This document shows, one piece after another, positions 44,224 through 52,787 of a stretch of DNA of 52,787 bases. Source of the stretch: a virus (Duplodnaviria; Caudoviricetes). The notes beneath the pieces were generated by a model. The model ran no database searches, had not been told where the DNA came from, and saw nothing but the letters and a program-made list of their open reading frames with translations. Location: positions 1 to 52,787 of IMG/VR virus record IMGVR_UViG_3300037478_000191; one strand, written 5' to 3'. The position numbers and the translations under genes were made by a program. The first letter of the stretch is position 1, and every line of letters starts with the position of its first letter.

Positions 44224-44483
44224 GCTGACGGCTCCAGCATCTCGACAGCGGCAGCGAGCACAAGTAAAGCGGCCGCGCCGCGTCCTTCACGGTCAAACAT
44301 GTTTGCCGTTCGCGTGGCGGCAACGAGCGGTGAAATTTCTTCCTCGTCACACAGCGTCTGCAGGGCATCCATGCCGATCTTCATTTTCTCGTGGTACTTG
44401 TCCCCGAGGAGCGTCCTTACGGCGTCTCGGGCTTCGTAGAGCTTTGCTGCGATCCGGATTTGCGTTTCGGATTTAGGGGTCAT
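44220..44483 (-). CDS. Hypothetical protein
   Basis: Coupled ORF. Confidence 0.6.
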   Translation of the reverse strand: MTPKSETQIRIAAKLYEARDAVRTLLGDKYHEKMKIGMDALQTLCDEEEISPLVAATRTANMFDREGRGAAALLVLAAAVEMLEPSA

Positions 44484-44707
44484 TCCCGCTCTCTCCATGC
44501 ACAGATATTGACTCTCTCATTCCAGCTATAGATCGCGCCTTCCCGCGCGGACTCTTCGCTGTCCTGATCGAAATGGGTCGGCCCAACCGCGCCGCAGTTC
44601 TGACACTCGCAATAGGATTTCCATGTGCCATGACGGCTTGTCGTGCAGACCTCGACTGTCAGCATCGAGGTAAGGGCATCGGAACCGCAAAAGGGACATG
44701 GTTTCAT
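44480..44707 (-). CDS. Lar-family restriction-alleviation-like protein
   Basis: KPCPFCG...C..CGA.GP...A...WN.R. Confidence 0.75.
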   Translation of the reverse strand: MKPCPFCGSDALTSMLTVEVCTTSRHGTWKSYCECQNCGAVGPTHFDQDSEESAREGAIYSWNERVNICAWRERE

Positions 44708-45192
44708 GCTGCGCTCTCCACCTTCTCGCCTACAGGCGGGCCAAATCTCTTATCTGGCGGGATCGTGAGGACCACGCCGCGCTCGGTGAAATAGCGGTAG
44801 ATTTCGTCGAGGTATTTTGTTTCCTGTGAGGTCGTGAGCAACCTCGTTACGGGCATGTCGAGAGGCTCTGCCATAAGCGCGATCTTCATCTCGTAAGGCA
44901 GTGGCTTCACAACGGCGTCATAGCGCTCGCAGAAGGCTTCGTTTTCTGCTCTAAGGATTGGAACGGCGAACTGAAGTTTGAGCAGCGCTCGCACTTCCTC
45001 CGGCGTCTGATCGCCAAGCTGTTCCGAGATCTCGATGCACCACATCCGATTCAATCTGTTCTGATGCGTTGACCGCCGCTTGCCCTTGGCTATCGTCACC
45101 GTAAACGGCATGGCTTGCTCCCCGATAAGCTTGACGAGCATGCTCCGCTGATAGTGGTCTTCTATAAAGCGGGTGATCTGTTTGGAGGTCAT
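44704..45192 (-). CDS. NinB/YbcN-like recombination protein
   Basis: RS..QN.L...W..EI..Q, KL.F.VPIL, PVT......Q...YLD.I...G..LT. Confidence 0.75.
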   Translation of the reverse strand: MTSKQITRFIEDHYQRSMLVKLIGEQAMPFTVTIAKGKRRSTHQNRLNRMWCIEISEQLGDQTPEEVRALLKLQFAVPILRAENEAFCERYDAVVKPLPYEMKIALMAEPLDMPVTRLLTTSQETKYLDEIYRYFTERGVVLTIPPDKRFGPPVGEKVESAA

Positions 45193-45401
45193 TCCGCCAC
45201 CTCTTCAACGCTATCCTCTGGCACGGTGAAAAATGGATAGTAACCATCTGGCCTCATCGTTACGGAGATGTGCGGCACACCTGTCATTCTGGTGTCATCG
45301 CGTGCGAGTCCGTAGTCATGGTGAGCGCATGCGTACACGATGGTGCCAGCAGTTGCCTTCGGCTCAGTGGTGGCGTCTTTCTTCATGACGTAGCGGGTCA
45401 T
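45189..45401 (-). CDS. Hypothetical protein
   Basis: DYGLA.DD....G..HISVT....G.YP.FT.P. Confidence 0.6.
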   Translation of the reverse strand: MTRYVMKKDATTEPKATAGTIVYACAHHDYGLARDDTRMTGVPHISVTMRPDGYYPFFTVPEDSVEEVAE

Positions 45402-45410
45402 CCCCATCCC

Positions 45411-46232
45411 CTATGCGCTTGCTGCTGCTTTAAGGTCGGAGACCGGTTCACTCAGCCGCGCCTCGTGCTTCTTGTAAATGTCGAGCGCTGCATCCCGCTG
45501 GTTCCTGTCGAGATGGTCTTCCATCGTCGCTTCGCTGTGCGCCCAGCATTCGCCGAGCGCTTCAATATCCTGGCAGGCGCAAAGCTCATCTTCGAGGTTC
45601 GCCATGAAGGCGGGAACGTTGAACTCTGGCGGCGACTGGTCTTCGATTGCCGGCGGCTCTGGCGGGGCCGGTGGCTCCGGCGTGACGTGCGGAGTGATGT
45701 CGCCGCGGTCCATGACCTCCTCGGCGCTGTGAACGCCTTTCAGGACATCTGCGAACGTGTCGCGGATCGCCCAGCTTCTCGCGCGCATCTGGCGCATGCG
45801 AGGCGCATAGCCATCTGTCCACGGGCCCCGCTTGGCGTCGAGCTTCGCGCGCTTGGCGTCTTCCTGCGAGAATGTGCGGACAACCGGGTCCGGGTCGCCC
45901 TTGCGCTTGACCTCGCAATGAGCGGTTTCGCCGTCGTGCCACTCCTTGATGTATTCCAGCAGACCGGAGCCGCGAACGATGCCGAGCAACCCGTCGCCAT
46001 AGACGCAGGGAACGCCGTTGATGACGGCAATCGACTGGACCGAAGCCATAGGCGTCATGCCCAGCTCCATGCCATGCAGCATGGCGACAAGCACCTTCTC
46101 GACGCTATCGAGGGATTTGGGAGCCATGCCGGCCTTTTGGACCGCCGTAGCGAGCCGCCATGTCTGGTCAATGTTTTCCGGCAGGATCGCGCCGCCGCCA
46201 TGCCTGCGGTGAATCGTCAGTTCGCTGCTCAT
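45411..46232 (-). CDS. RecT-like single-strand annealing protein
   Basis: G.ELG..PM.S.Q.I.VING.P...GD, FS..DAK.A.L..K.GPW..Y..RM...RA...A.RD.F.DVL.G. Confidence 0.8.
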   Translation of the reverse strand: MSSELTIHRRHGGGAILPENIDQTWRLATAVQKAGMAPKSLDSVEKVLVAMLHGMELGMTPMASVQSIAVINGVPCVYGDGLLGIVRGSGLLEYIKEWHDGETAHCEVKRKGDPDPVVRTFSQEDAKRAKLDAKRGPWTDGYAPRMRQMRARSWAIRDTFADVLKGVHSAEEVMDRGDITPHVTPEPPAPPEPPAIEDQSPPEFNVPAFMANLEDELCACQDIEALGECWAHSEATMEDHLDRNQRDAALDIYKKHEARLSEPVSDLKAAASA

Positions 46233-46519
46233 GCTGCCACCCTCCCCATCAGACCGCCGCGCTCGACCCAATCGTTGTAAGCTTCGGGTGATCCCCATGC
46301 GGGAGACGGCGCGTACTGGTAGAGGAACTGGACGTAATTGAATAAGTGGTGACGGTTAATGTCGTCGGCACGTCCGCAGGCGTCTGCAAGGTCATTGCAG
46401 ATTACAGCCCTCAGAAAACTGCCAACCGGGATGCCGCCCACGAGATATTCCTTCAAGCCTTCGCGGCAGTGCTCCGGGATTTTTGACCAATCAGCATGAT
46501 CAAGATCGCTAGGCTGCAT
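46229..46519 (-). CDS. Conserved phage protein
   Basis: L..Y...G...G.FL.AV..NDL..A..RAD..N......P..AWGS.E. Confidence 0.7.
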   Translation of the reverse strand: MQPSDLDHADWSKIPEHCREGLKEYLVGGIPVGSFLRAVICNDLADACGRADDINRHHLFNYVQFLYQYAPSPAWGSPEAYNDWVERGGLMGRVAA

Positions 46520-47489
46520 ATTTTTCCTCCTTGAATTCAACGCCGGGGACGGGCTTCCGCGTCCGGCTACGGGCTTCCGCATTGCAGAGACGCTCCACAG
46601 CGTTCCTGACATCCGGGTGATCTGCGAAGTGATCCAGCGCGGCGCGGTAGTCCGTGATTTCGGCAACGTGCCGCGTCTTGAACCCCGTCGCCCGGCCAAG
46701 CTGGCCACCAACGCGGATCGGGCGCGGCGCTTCTGGCTCCGGGGTCGGCGCGGGCGGTGGCTCCAGCGCGGCAAGCGCGATGTCCTGATCTTCCAGCGCG
46801 CGGCGTTCGGCTTCCTGCTGGGCGCGCAGCGCTTCAGCCTTTTTGCGCTCAGCCTCAATGCGCTTCCGCTCTTCAGCGTCTTTCCAGCGCATGAAACGCG
46901 TGAGTGCGTCCCGGAGCAAGTTGGCTGCGCGCTCCGCCGTCTCGACGATCGGCTTGTATTTTGCGTCGATTTCTTTGACCTGTTTGGCGAGCGGGTCTTT
47001 CTCTTCCTTGCGACGGTCGTCGGCGGCCTTCTTCAGCTTGTTGAGGCTGTCGCGATAGTTCGCGGCTGTGCTTGCGTCTCTTTCCGATTTGAAATCTTGA
47101 ATCTGGCGCAACCAATTCAGGGCTTGCTCAGCCTGATCGTTGATGTTCTCTTTCAGAAGAACGAATTCATCCGGCGGCGCGTTGTCACCGATCCCGGCGA
47201 CTTCGCCCGGCCACAGCCCCGTCTGGCGGAACTCGTCGTAAGCCTCTTTCGTGACTGGACTTTGCCACGTGAAGTTCCACCGCTGCGCGAATTTCTCCGG
47301 CTCGACAAGCGTGTTGTTGACCAGTATTTTCAGGTCTTCGCCGTCTTTCCAGATCGCAACGGCAGACCATGATTTGTCCCGGTTCTTCGTGCGCCAGAAG
47401 CCACATTCGAACTTGCCGTCCTGCATCGGATAGGGGTAATCTTCCTTGAGCGCGCCGCGCCAGAAAACGTAATTGTCAGCTTGCGTCAT
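46509..47489 (-). CDS. Coiled-coil recombination-module protein (Gp157/Gam-like position)
   Basis: G.WR, IGDN.PP, R..EK.P......ID..Y, VPGV...EE motifs; next to the RecT-like gene. Confidence 0.6.
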   Translation of the reverse strand: MTQADNYVFWRGALKEDYPYPMQDGKFECGFWRTKNRDKSWSAVAIWKDGEDLKILVNNTLVEPEKFAQRWNFTWQSPVTKEAYDEFRQTGLWPGEVAGIGDNAPPDEFVLLKENINDQAEQALNWLRQIQDFKSERDASTAANYRDSLNKLKKAADDRRKEEKDPLAKQVKEIDAKYKPIVETAERAANLLRDALTRFMRWKDAEERKRIEAERKKAEALRAQQEAERRALEDQDIALAALEPPPAPTPEPEAPRPIRVGGQLGRATGFKTRHVAEITDYRAALDHFADHPDVRNAVERLCNAEARSRTRKPVPGVEFKEEKYAA

Positions 47490-47692
47490 GACCTGAATCC
47501 TCCGTTAGTGTCGTCAGGAAACCTATCGGCCAGTTCGTCGGCTATGATGCGCAAGACGGTTGCGCATGCTGGCATGTAGCCTTCGCGGCGCTGACAATCC
47601 TCGACGAATTCCTCGATTGCATTGCGAAGCTTGTCTTCGGTCTTCGCGAATAGATCCTTCGACATTTCGTCGAGCAACATGCGCGTGATCAT
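47486..47692 (-). CDS. Hypothetical protein
   Basis: Coupled ORF. Confidence 0.5.
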   Translation of the reverse strand: MITRMLLDEMSKDLFAKTEDKLRNAIEEFVEDCQRREGYMPACATVLRIIADELADRFPDDTNGGFRS

Positions 47693-47925
47693 GACTGCCT
47701 CGCCTTCTCTCTGAGAATATCCAGTTCTGTGATCAGGAAATCATTCCGTGCTTCAGCGTCTTCCGCGCGCTTCTCTGCTATGCGGAGTTGAGCTTGAAGA
47801 TCGGTGATAGCGGCGGCAGCTTCCGATTCAATGAATTCTTCCGGCAACGACAGACGGTTATCCGTCCCGGCCCTGTGTTCCGCTGTCGCGCGTAGCCTCT
47901 CTATGAGCTGGGTGAGGTCAGTCAT
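47689..47925 (-). CDS. Hypothetical protein (coiled coil)
   Basis: DL.ERLR...EAA..I..L motif. Confidence 0.55.
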   Translation of the reverse strand: MTDLTQLIERLRATAEHRAGTDNRLSLPEEFIESEAAAAITDLQAQLRIAEKRAEDAEARNDFLITELDILREKARQS

Positions 47926-48229
47926 CGGAGGACTCCAATCCAATAGCCGCGCACATCTCGTACTGAAGCATTCTCACCAGGCTGTCGGGATTATTGGGAA
48001 CGCCGGAGCAATTCTTGATCATGTCTGTCCAGCCGCGAATTCGCTCGCGCAACCCAGCGATTTCAGCTCGCAGCGCTAGCGGGTCTTTCCCGCCAACGTC
48101 TTCGATGATATCCAGTGCTTGCTGGATCGCATCGTGATAGCCTCGGTCGTAGGCGTCTTCTTTGTCGTACCAACCGCCAAGGGCGTTGATGCGCTCGTGA
48201 GCAAGGTCCAGGAGAGTGTCAGCGGTCAT
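47918..48229 (-). CDS. Hypothetical protein
   Basis: Coupled ORF. Confidence 0.55.
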   Translation of the reverse strand: MTADTLLDLAHERINALGGWYDKEDAYDRGYHDAIQQALDIIEDVGGKDPLALRAEIAGLRERIRGWTDMIKNCSGVPNNPDSLVRMLQYEMCAAIGLESSDD

Positions 48230-48480
48230 TCCACGATCCCCCGCTTGAAATTGATGCCGTTCAGATGGTCCAAGCCCCATGCAATGCCGTGGCCTGGATG
48301 CGGGTAAGCGTAGGCCTCCGCTTCAAGATCGGGGAATATCCGTCTCACTGGCAATCGACCCTGCCGTGAAATGCGAACCATCTCATCGACGGCGGCTTTC
48401 TGATTGTCCGTGAGCGTGGTATATTCATCGATCATGGGTTCGGCCAAGCCCCACGCTTGTGAGAAAGCGTCACTTGTCAT
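48226..48480 (-). CDS. Hypothetical protein
   Basis: GAGG RBS. Confidence 0.5.
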   Translation of the reverse strand: MTSDAFSQAWGLAEPMIDEYTTLTDNQKAAVDEMVRISRQGRLPVRRIFPDLEAEAYAYPHPGHGIAWGLDHLNGINFKRGIVE

Positions 48481-48853
48481 TTGCAGCCTCTTTCATCGCC
48501 TCGACCAGCCGGTAGGTTTTGCTATGGCGGTCATAAGCCAGCGCGCTCGTCCGCTTCTGGATCACGCTGATGTCTATCGATGCTTGCGGTACGCTGACTT
48601 CCCCGATACGCTGAATGTCGGCTCTGTTGAGCGTGCCGGTTGAAAGCAGATGCTTCATTGCGGCGGCGATGCGTGTCCGCTGCGCCAATCGCAGCCCGCG
48701 CCATGTGTTCGAGTTCGGGTCCGTCCAATCGGACTGAGCGCTCTCGATCCGGTCACCTGCGTTCTGCTGTGCGTGCAGACGGTTGAACTTCTCAGTGTCG
48801 ATCATGTCGAACCTGCGTAGGGTGTAGAGGTTTATGCGGTCGAGTACTGTCAT
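48470..48853 (-). CDS. Winged-HTH protein
   Basis: G.LNR.DI.....VS.PQAS.D........L.YD...K.Y. Confidence 0.65.
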   Translation of the reverse strand: MTVLDRINLYTLRRFDMIDTEKFNRLHAQQNAGDRIESAQSDWTDPNSNTWRGLRLAQRTRIAAAMKHLLSTGTLNRADIQRIGEVSVPQASIDISVIQKRTSALAYDRHSKTYRLVEAMKEAANDK

Positions 48854-49188
48854 ATCCGCGCGCCTGCATCGGTCCATCTGGACCCGGCATCACCGCCAGC
48901 AGGACGCCGACTTTCATCCGTAGCGCCGCCCTGTTCTTCCGCCCATTCGCACCAGTCGCGATCGGCGACGAGAATGAGTTTGGCTTCGTCGAACCTGTCG
49001 CCGGTGAGCGTTTCGGTAAACGTCACGTGCTCAGAACCGACGCGGACGCTGAGAATTTCGAAATCTCCCGGCATCATTCCCGGCGCAACATCCGCGTACA
49101 GATCGCAGGGGAACATTCCCCCATTGCCGGAGATCGTGTAGCCGTCGCCGTCTAAACTGATGTAGGCTTCTACGGATGGGGTTCTCAT
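48850..49188 (-). CDS. Hypothetical protein
   Basis: Coupled ORF. Confidence 0.55.
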   Translation of the reverse strand: MRTPSVEAYISLDGDGYTISGNGGMFPCDLYADVAPGMMPGDFEILSVRVGSEHVTFTETLTGDRFDEAKLILVADRDWCEWAEEQGGATDESRRPAGGDAGSRWTDAGARI

Positions 49189-49487
49189 TGCTCGCCCCTT
49201 GCTTTGGTCAGTGCTGCTTCAGCTTGCTCAATCGCAGCATTGGCGATAGCGTCGTCCGGGCCGGTGTGAGCGCAAACGAGGCTCAATAGATTGGTGACGG
49301 CCTCGGTCAGCGGCTCAAATGCATTTACGGCGCGGACTATAAGCCGAGCGTCGTCAATGCTTGACGTGGTTGCGGGACACACCCGGATAGGGCCTTGCCA
49401 AGCGAAGACTTGGATACCTTCAGGTCGAAGTTCGATTTCGTCGCCTAGCGTCCAAGGGCGCGGCGTTGCGTTTTCGAATTCACTCAT
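49185..49487 (-). CDS. Conserved phage protein
   Basis: TP.PW...DA.LIV.AVN....L...A.AAL.KA.G motif. Confidence 0.65.
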   Translation of the reverse strand: MSEFENATPRPWTLGDEIELRPEGIQVFAWQGPIRVCPATTSSIDDARLIVRAVNAFEPLTEAVTNLLSLVCAHTGPDDAIANAAIEQAEAALTKARGEQ

Positions 49488-49632
49488 CGTCTTCCTCCTC
49501 GCTCTGATGGCACTTGCACTCACAAGGCCCGCCATCCATCTCGATGGCAGCTAGATCCTGCTCGTCTATGCCGTAGCGGTGTGCATGGCATTCGTAGGCG
49601 TCAGGGGAGACGCAGACGCAGCGGTCGGTCAT
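49480..49632 (-). CDS. Small Cys-rich protein (50 aa; not in ORF track)
   Basis: MTDRCVCVSPDAYECHAHRY...CECKCH; AAGGA RBS. Confidence 0.5.
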   Translation of the reverse strand: MTDRCVCVSPDAYECHAHRYGIDEQDLAAIEMDGGPCECKCHQSEEEDDE

Positions 49633-49985
49633 TGGTCGCGTTCCTTCAGTGTAAGCCCTGCTGCTTCAACGAGCGTCTGGCGCATGGCCTTGAAGAATTG
49701 ACGGGCATCGTGGAGAGAAATTCGCCGGGCGATCTTCACAAATTTTTCCGACCGCAGAGAATCCCACATCACATCGAAATGATCGTGTTGCAGTTCCTGG
49801 CGAAGCCGAGCGCGCTCCAGCCTGATCGCTTCGTGCTCGCTGTATGTGATCGCGGTTGCGATCAAGCCGAGAAGCTCTGGATTATCAAGCGCCACCCTTC
49901 GAAGCTCTCTCCGTGCTTCAGTGCACTGAGCGGATAAATCGAAGTCAGGGCCGGCATCGAACGGGATTTCGTCAGATCTGCTCAT
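49629..49985 (-). CDS. Hypothetical protein
   Basis: GGAG RBS. Confidence 0.55.
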   Translation of the reverse strand: MSRSDEIPFDAGPDFDLSAQCTEARRELRRVALDNPELLGLIATAITYSEHEAIRLERARLRQELQHDHFDVMWDSLRSEKFVKIARRISLHDARQFFKAMRQTLVEAAGLTLKERDQ

Positions 49986-49987
49986 TG

Positions 49988-50563
49988 CTAAGCCGCTCCA
50001 TCTGTCTTGGTGAAAGGAACAGCGGCGGTTGAGTTGACGAACTCGTCGATCCAGCCGATGGTGATCCGGTTGGCTTCGGGCGTTATGTCGTGATACAGCG
50101 AGGCCAGCCAGTAGAAGCCGTCAGCGTAAAGTTCAGCTTGATCGCTTTCACCAAAGGTAAGAAGTTGCTTACCCCATTCGCGATTGTTTGCTGTGCCGTG
50201 GAGTGACAGAAGTCCGCCGGTACCGATAATCGGCGCAATGAGCCATGTGTGGAACTTTTCAGCAGCGATGGCTTGCCGTAGATCGGGTGAAAAGCCTTCG
50301 GGCATGCTGGCGATCAGACGGATAAACGATTTTTTGACATCATCGCTCGGCGGGTAGCCACCGCTACCTGTCCATTCGAAATTTTCGTCGCGGAAGACAT
50401 GACGGCATGAACTGTCAACATGCTGATCTTCATTGCAAATCGCGCAATGGATCATATCGCCGTCACAATCTTCGCAGAGAGAACTGTCCGCATACACTGC
50501 GCCGACGTGGCCGCACCATACGCAGGTTCCGTCTTTGAATTCGTCACAGAGCGGGTGCATCAC
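49988..50563 (-). CDS. Hypothetical protein with N-terminal Cys cluster
   Basis: CxxC repeats; coupled. Confidence 0.6.
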   Translation of the reverse strand: MMHPLCDEFKDGTCVWCGHVGAVYADSSLCEDCDGDMIHCAICNEDQHVDSSCRHVFRDENFEWTGSGGYPPSDDVKKSFIRLIASMPEGFSPDLRQAIAAEKFHTWLIAPIIGTGGLLSLHGTANNREWGKQLLTFGESDQAELYADGFYWLASLYHDITPEANRITIGWIDEFVNSTAAVPFTKTDGAA

Positions 50564-51054
50564 TCGCCTCCATTCGGGAAATTAAACACGGCAGCGGACT
50601 CATACCGTTCGGAGGTCAAGCCCGCCGCCGCTACCTTCTCAACACCGCCTGACTCTTTGTTAGCCGCTTGGTCAGTGTTTCCCCGCAGGCGGAGAAGGCG
50701 AAACTTTTCGATTAAAAGATCGGTGTTCTGAATTTCGAGCTGCGATATTGTTTTCTGCTGTGTGTCGATCAATGCGGCTGCGCTTTCCAGCGTCTTGCGG
50801 TAATCTTCCGCCACGCTGCCCAGAAGCGCGATGCCGAGCACGATGAACAAGCCGAACACGACAGCGCCGAGGCTGTTGAGATTGATCGGCAGCGCCACCA
50901 CGCAAACCACCATCGAAGCAAAGCCCCAGGTGCGGGCAATGCGAAGGTTGCGGGCCAGCCGCTTTCTTTTATCCTGAGAGGCTGGCTGGCCCGCTTCTGC
51001 CCGAGAGGCATCAACGTGGGAGGAGACATCTTCTCTCGGTGCAGAAATGTTCAT
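50560..51054 (-). CDS. Membrane protein (2 TM plus coiled coil)
   Basis: Hydrophobic hairpin at about residues 40-80. Confidence 0.6.
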   Translation of the reverse strand: MNISAPREDVSSHVDASRAEAGQPASQDKRKRLARNLRIARTWGFASMVVCVVALPINLNSLGAVVFGLFIVLGIALLGSVAEDYRKTLESAAALIDTQQKTISQLEIQNTDLLIEKFRLLRLRGNTDQAANKESGGVEKVAAAGLTSERYESAAVFNFPNGGE

Positions 51055-51500
51055 TGGGAGTGCTCCGTGGGGAAATAGGATTCAGCGACTTTGGCGAGAG
51101 CGCGAAGCGTCTCAGCGACATCGTTCGGGCAATACTCTCCGTTCTCGGATCTTTTGCAGCCGGATGCGTTCGTGTCCCCTTCGTGCCAGATGTGCTCACA
51201 GGAACCGTCGCAGTCGATTTCGTCGGCGGCTTGCCTTAGCAAGGGAGGATTGATAAAAAGGTCTCGCTCGTTGAGCGCGTTCACGAGAGGCGGAAGCGGG
51301 GTAATCACAGCAATTGGATTGCGGAGGTTCCACGCTGAAACCATGTCCTCTACATGCTCGTAATGGGTGCCTGTCGATGCCTTGCACTGTGTACAGTTGA
51401 TCCAGAATCCCTCACATTCAGGGTGGGGATCTTCGTTGAAGGCTGCTTCACCGCCGCAGAACGGGCATGGTTTCAAGGTATCGCCAAATCTGGAAAACAT
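51051..51500 (-). CDS. Lar-family domain protein
   Basis: LKPCPFCGG.A...I.C..C.......WN.R. Confidence 0.7.
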   Translation of the reverse strand: MFSRFGDTLKPCPFCGGEAAFNEDPHPECEGFWINCTQCKASTGTHYEHVEDMVSAWNLRNPIAVITPLPPLVNALNERDLFINPPLLRQAADEIDCDGSCEHIWHEGDTNASGCKRSENGEYCPNDVAETLRALAKVAESYFPTEHSQ

Positions 51501-51504
51501 TTAA

Positions 51505-51843
51505 TCAGTCCTCATAACCAATCTTGGCGGATGTCTTCTGGAACTTGCGCAGCACAGCATCCTGCAAGTTGATGCCTTGGGATTGCGCGAGCAGATCGAG
51601 GTAGATGAAAGCGTCGGCGATCTCGTCGGCTAATGAAGCCTGCAGTTCTTCTGCGGTCTCGCTATTGCCGGGAATACCGTCGCGTACACGGTTCAGTTTC
51701 TTGGCGATGTTTGCTGCCTCGCCCAATTCACCGACCGTCGCTGTCATCCAGTCAGACAGTGACCAACTATCGAGGGCGTGGTTAAAGCCACTCGGGCTTT
51801 CGCAGCGACGGCGGTTCTTTAAGCTGAAATCTTCAAAATGCAT
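51505..51843 (-). CDS. MazG-like nucleotide pyrophosphohydrolase
   Basis: GELGEAANI.KK...LADE.AD..IYLDLLA....I.L..AV..KF. Confidence 0.85.
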   Translation of the reverse strand: MHFEDFSLKNRRRCESPSGFNHALDSWSLSDWMTATVGELGEAANIAKKLNRVRDGIPGNSETAEELQASLADEIADAFIYLDLLAQSQGINLQDAVLRKFQKTSAKIGYED

Positions 51844-51861
51844 TTGCTCAGTCCTCTGTTT

Positions 51862-51904
51862 AAAAAAGCCCCAGCCTAGTTTGGCTACACGGTGGCTGGG
51901 GCTT
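51862..51904 (-). terminator. Rho-independent terminator in the early-left operon (tL-like)
   Basis: GCCCCAGCC / GGCTGGGGC stem followed by T6 on the - strand. Confidence 0.7.
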
Positions 51905-51945
51905 GCAGTTGCTCTCTCTGCTTGTGGGAGGAGAGTTCCGGTTAT

Positions 51946-52224
51946 TCAGCATCTGGCTTTATCGTGCTCAAGAATGGCAGCGCGCATCTGTTTAATGCGC
52001 GCCCAAGCATCCTCTTTCGGACACTCCATAATGAGGTAGCGAAAGCTCTCAAGAGCAGTCGCCGCCATCATTCGATCATCACTGATCGGCGGCTTGCTGG
52101 TGTCTCGGCCATAACGTAGAGACCAGAGCCAATCGCTGCGAGGTACGGCCATTTGTGCCGTTCCGTCGCCAACTGGCACAGTCAAAACGCGATCGGAAAT
52201 GAGCACTTTTGCAACGTCGCTCAT
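51946..52224 (-). CDS. Hypothetical protein
   Basis: W.LRYG...A...LES..YL motif; coupled. Confidence 0.6.
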   Translation of the reverse strand: MSDVAKVLISDRVLTVPVGDGTAQMAVPRSDWLWSLRYGRDTSKPPISDDRMMAATALESFRYLIMECPKEDAWARIKQMRAAILEHDKARC

Positions 52225-52436
52225 ACCGACATTCCCGCTGGATATTTCGTTGCGAGCGGGAGATAATCAGCAGACGCCGTTTTTCCGCATTTCTCGCATT
52301 CCATCTCGGGGATGACGTTCTTGTGAAAATGGGCGTCGTCGTAGCCGTAGCCCTTGTGCTCATGAGCGCAGTGCTCGCATTCGTAGATCGCGGTGAAGTC
52401 GCGGCGGTTGCGGCTGATGATGGATTTGATCTTCAT
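52221..52436 (-). CDS. Zinc-ribbon phage protein
   Basis: RRDF.A.YECE.C.....GYDD..FH..VIP...C..CG. Confidence 0.75.
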   Translation of the reverse strand: MKIKSIISRNRRDFTAIYECEHCAHEHKGYGYDDAHFHKNVIPEMECEKCGKTASADYLPLATKYPAGMSV

Positions 52437-52630
52437 GACGCCATGATCTCCGCAAGGTCGTCACGGATGGCCTGGATCGGATTAGCGACTGAATGGACTT
52501 GGTGAACGCTGTCGCCAACCTGTCCGTCTACAGCGATCATGTCTTCTGCATCAGCGCGCGCATCGTCGATGCTGGCTGCTGAGACTTCGAAATAGTCTCC
52601 GTAGCGGGTGAGAATTCCGTAGATCTTCAT
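52433..52630 (-). CDS. First early-left gene, hypothetical
   Basis: AAGGGA RBS; MKIYGILTRYG... Confidence 0.55.
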   Translation of the reverse strand: MKIYGILTRYGDYFEVSAASIDDARADAEDMIAVDGQVGDSVHQVHSVANPIQAIRDDLAEIMAS

Positions 52631-52737
52631 GTCCCTTGACCCTTTATCCCTTAGTGGACCCAGACCGAGCTTTATGGGCAGGGTCTGGGGTTTTGAGAGA
52701 TCGGCAGGCGACCGGGGGGAAGCCTGCCGATAGGGAC

Positions 52738-52787
52738 ATAGTTCCATATTAGAACATTGGGGTCAAGCGGAAAGTTCTAAATTAGAA
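52738..52787 (-). promoter_or_regulatory. PL-like early promoter with two repressor operators
   Basis: TTGACC (52766-52761)-N17-AACTAT; inverted repeats GTTCCATATTAGAAC (52741-52755) and GTTCTAAATTAGAA (52774-52787). Confidence 0.65.

Larger units (their letters stand above)
1..52787. mobile_element. Temperate podovirus-like phage/prophage (P22-like morphogenesis module); extends beyond the window
   Basis: Terminase, portal, scaffold, capsid, gp10-like nozzle, ejection proteins, lysis genes, integrase and recombination genes in canonical order; no host housekeeping genes seen. Confidence 0.97.

Noticed and set aside
45270-47372. 336-aa and 251-aa + strand ORFs
   Set aside because: Shadows of the RecT-like and coiled-coil genes
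52741-52787. Alphaproteobacterial LexA box
   Set aside because: That box is a direct repeat GTTC-N7-GTTC; these are inverted GTTC-N7-GAAC, better explained as phage repressor sites
1-52787. CRISPR array, rRNA, tRNA
   Set aside because: No regularly spaced repeats or recognisable structural RNA genes found by eye

Overview
The whole window is one temperate phage/prophage with a P22-like podovirus layout. The likely host is an alphaproteobacterium (inferred from the gene families and the IS630 type). On the + strand (1-34504) the late operon runs: TerS, HNH, TerL with an extra degenerate nuclease domain, a block of small genes, portal, an ADP-ribosyltransferase-like protein, GroES, an IS630 inserted in the groES stop codon, scaffold, capsid, adaptor/nozzle, GNAT, 3-4 ejection proteins, two receptor-binding proteins flanking a GT25 moron, and lysis genes. 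On the - strand (34491-52787) is the early-left arm: about 45 small genes, a putative intact attP, integrase/excisionase, RecT-like, NinB-like, Lar, MazG, sulfotransferase-like and HigA-like genes, ending at a PL-like promoter with operators. The most notable items are (1) a repeated 'C-terminal APDGN module followed by N-terminal tandem DP[FV] motifs in the next gene' pattern that may be a virion cargo-docking code linking an ART effector to the portal, (2) a GIY-YIG gene carrying a copy of the integrase N-terminal arm-binding domain and overlapping the putative attP, and (3) a terminase with tandem nuclease domains. All family calls come from motif recognition by eye; no database searches were run.
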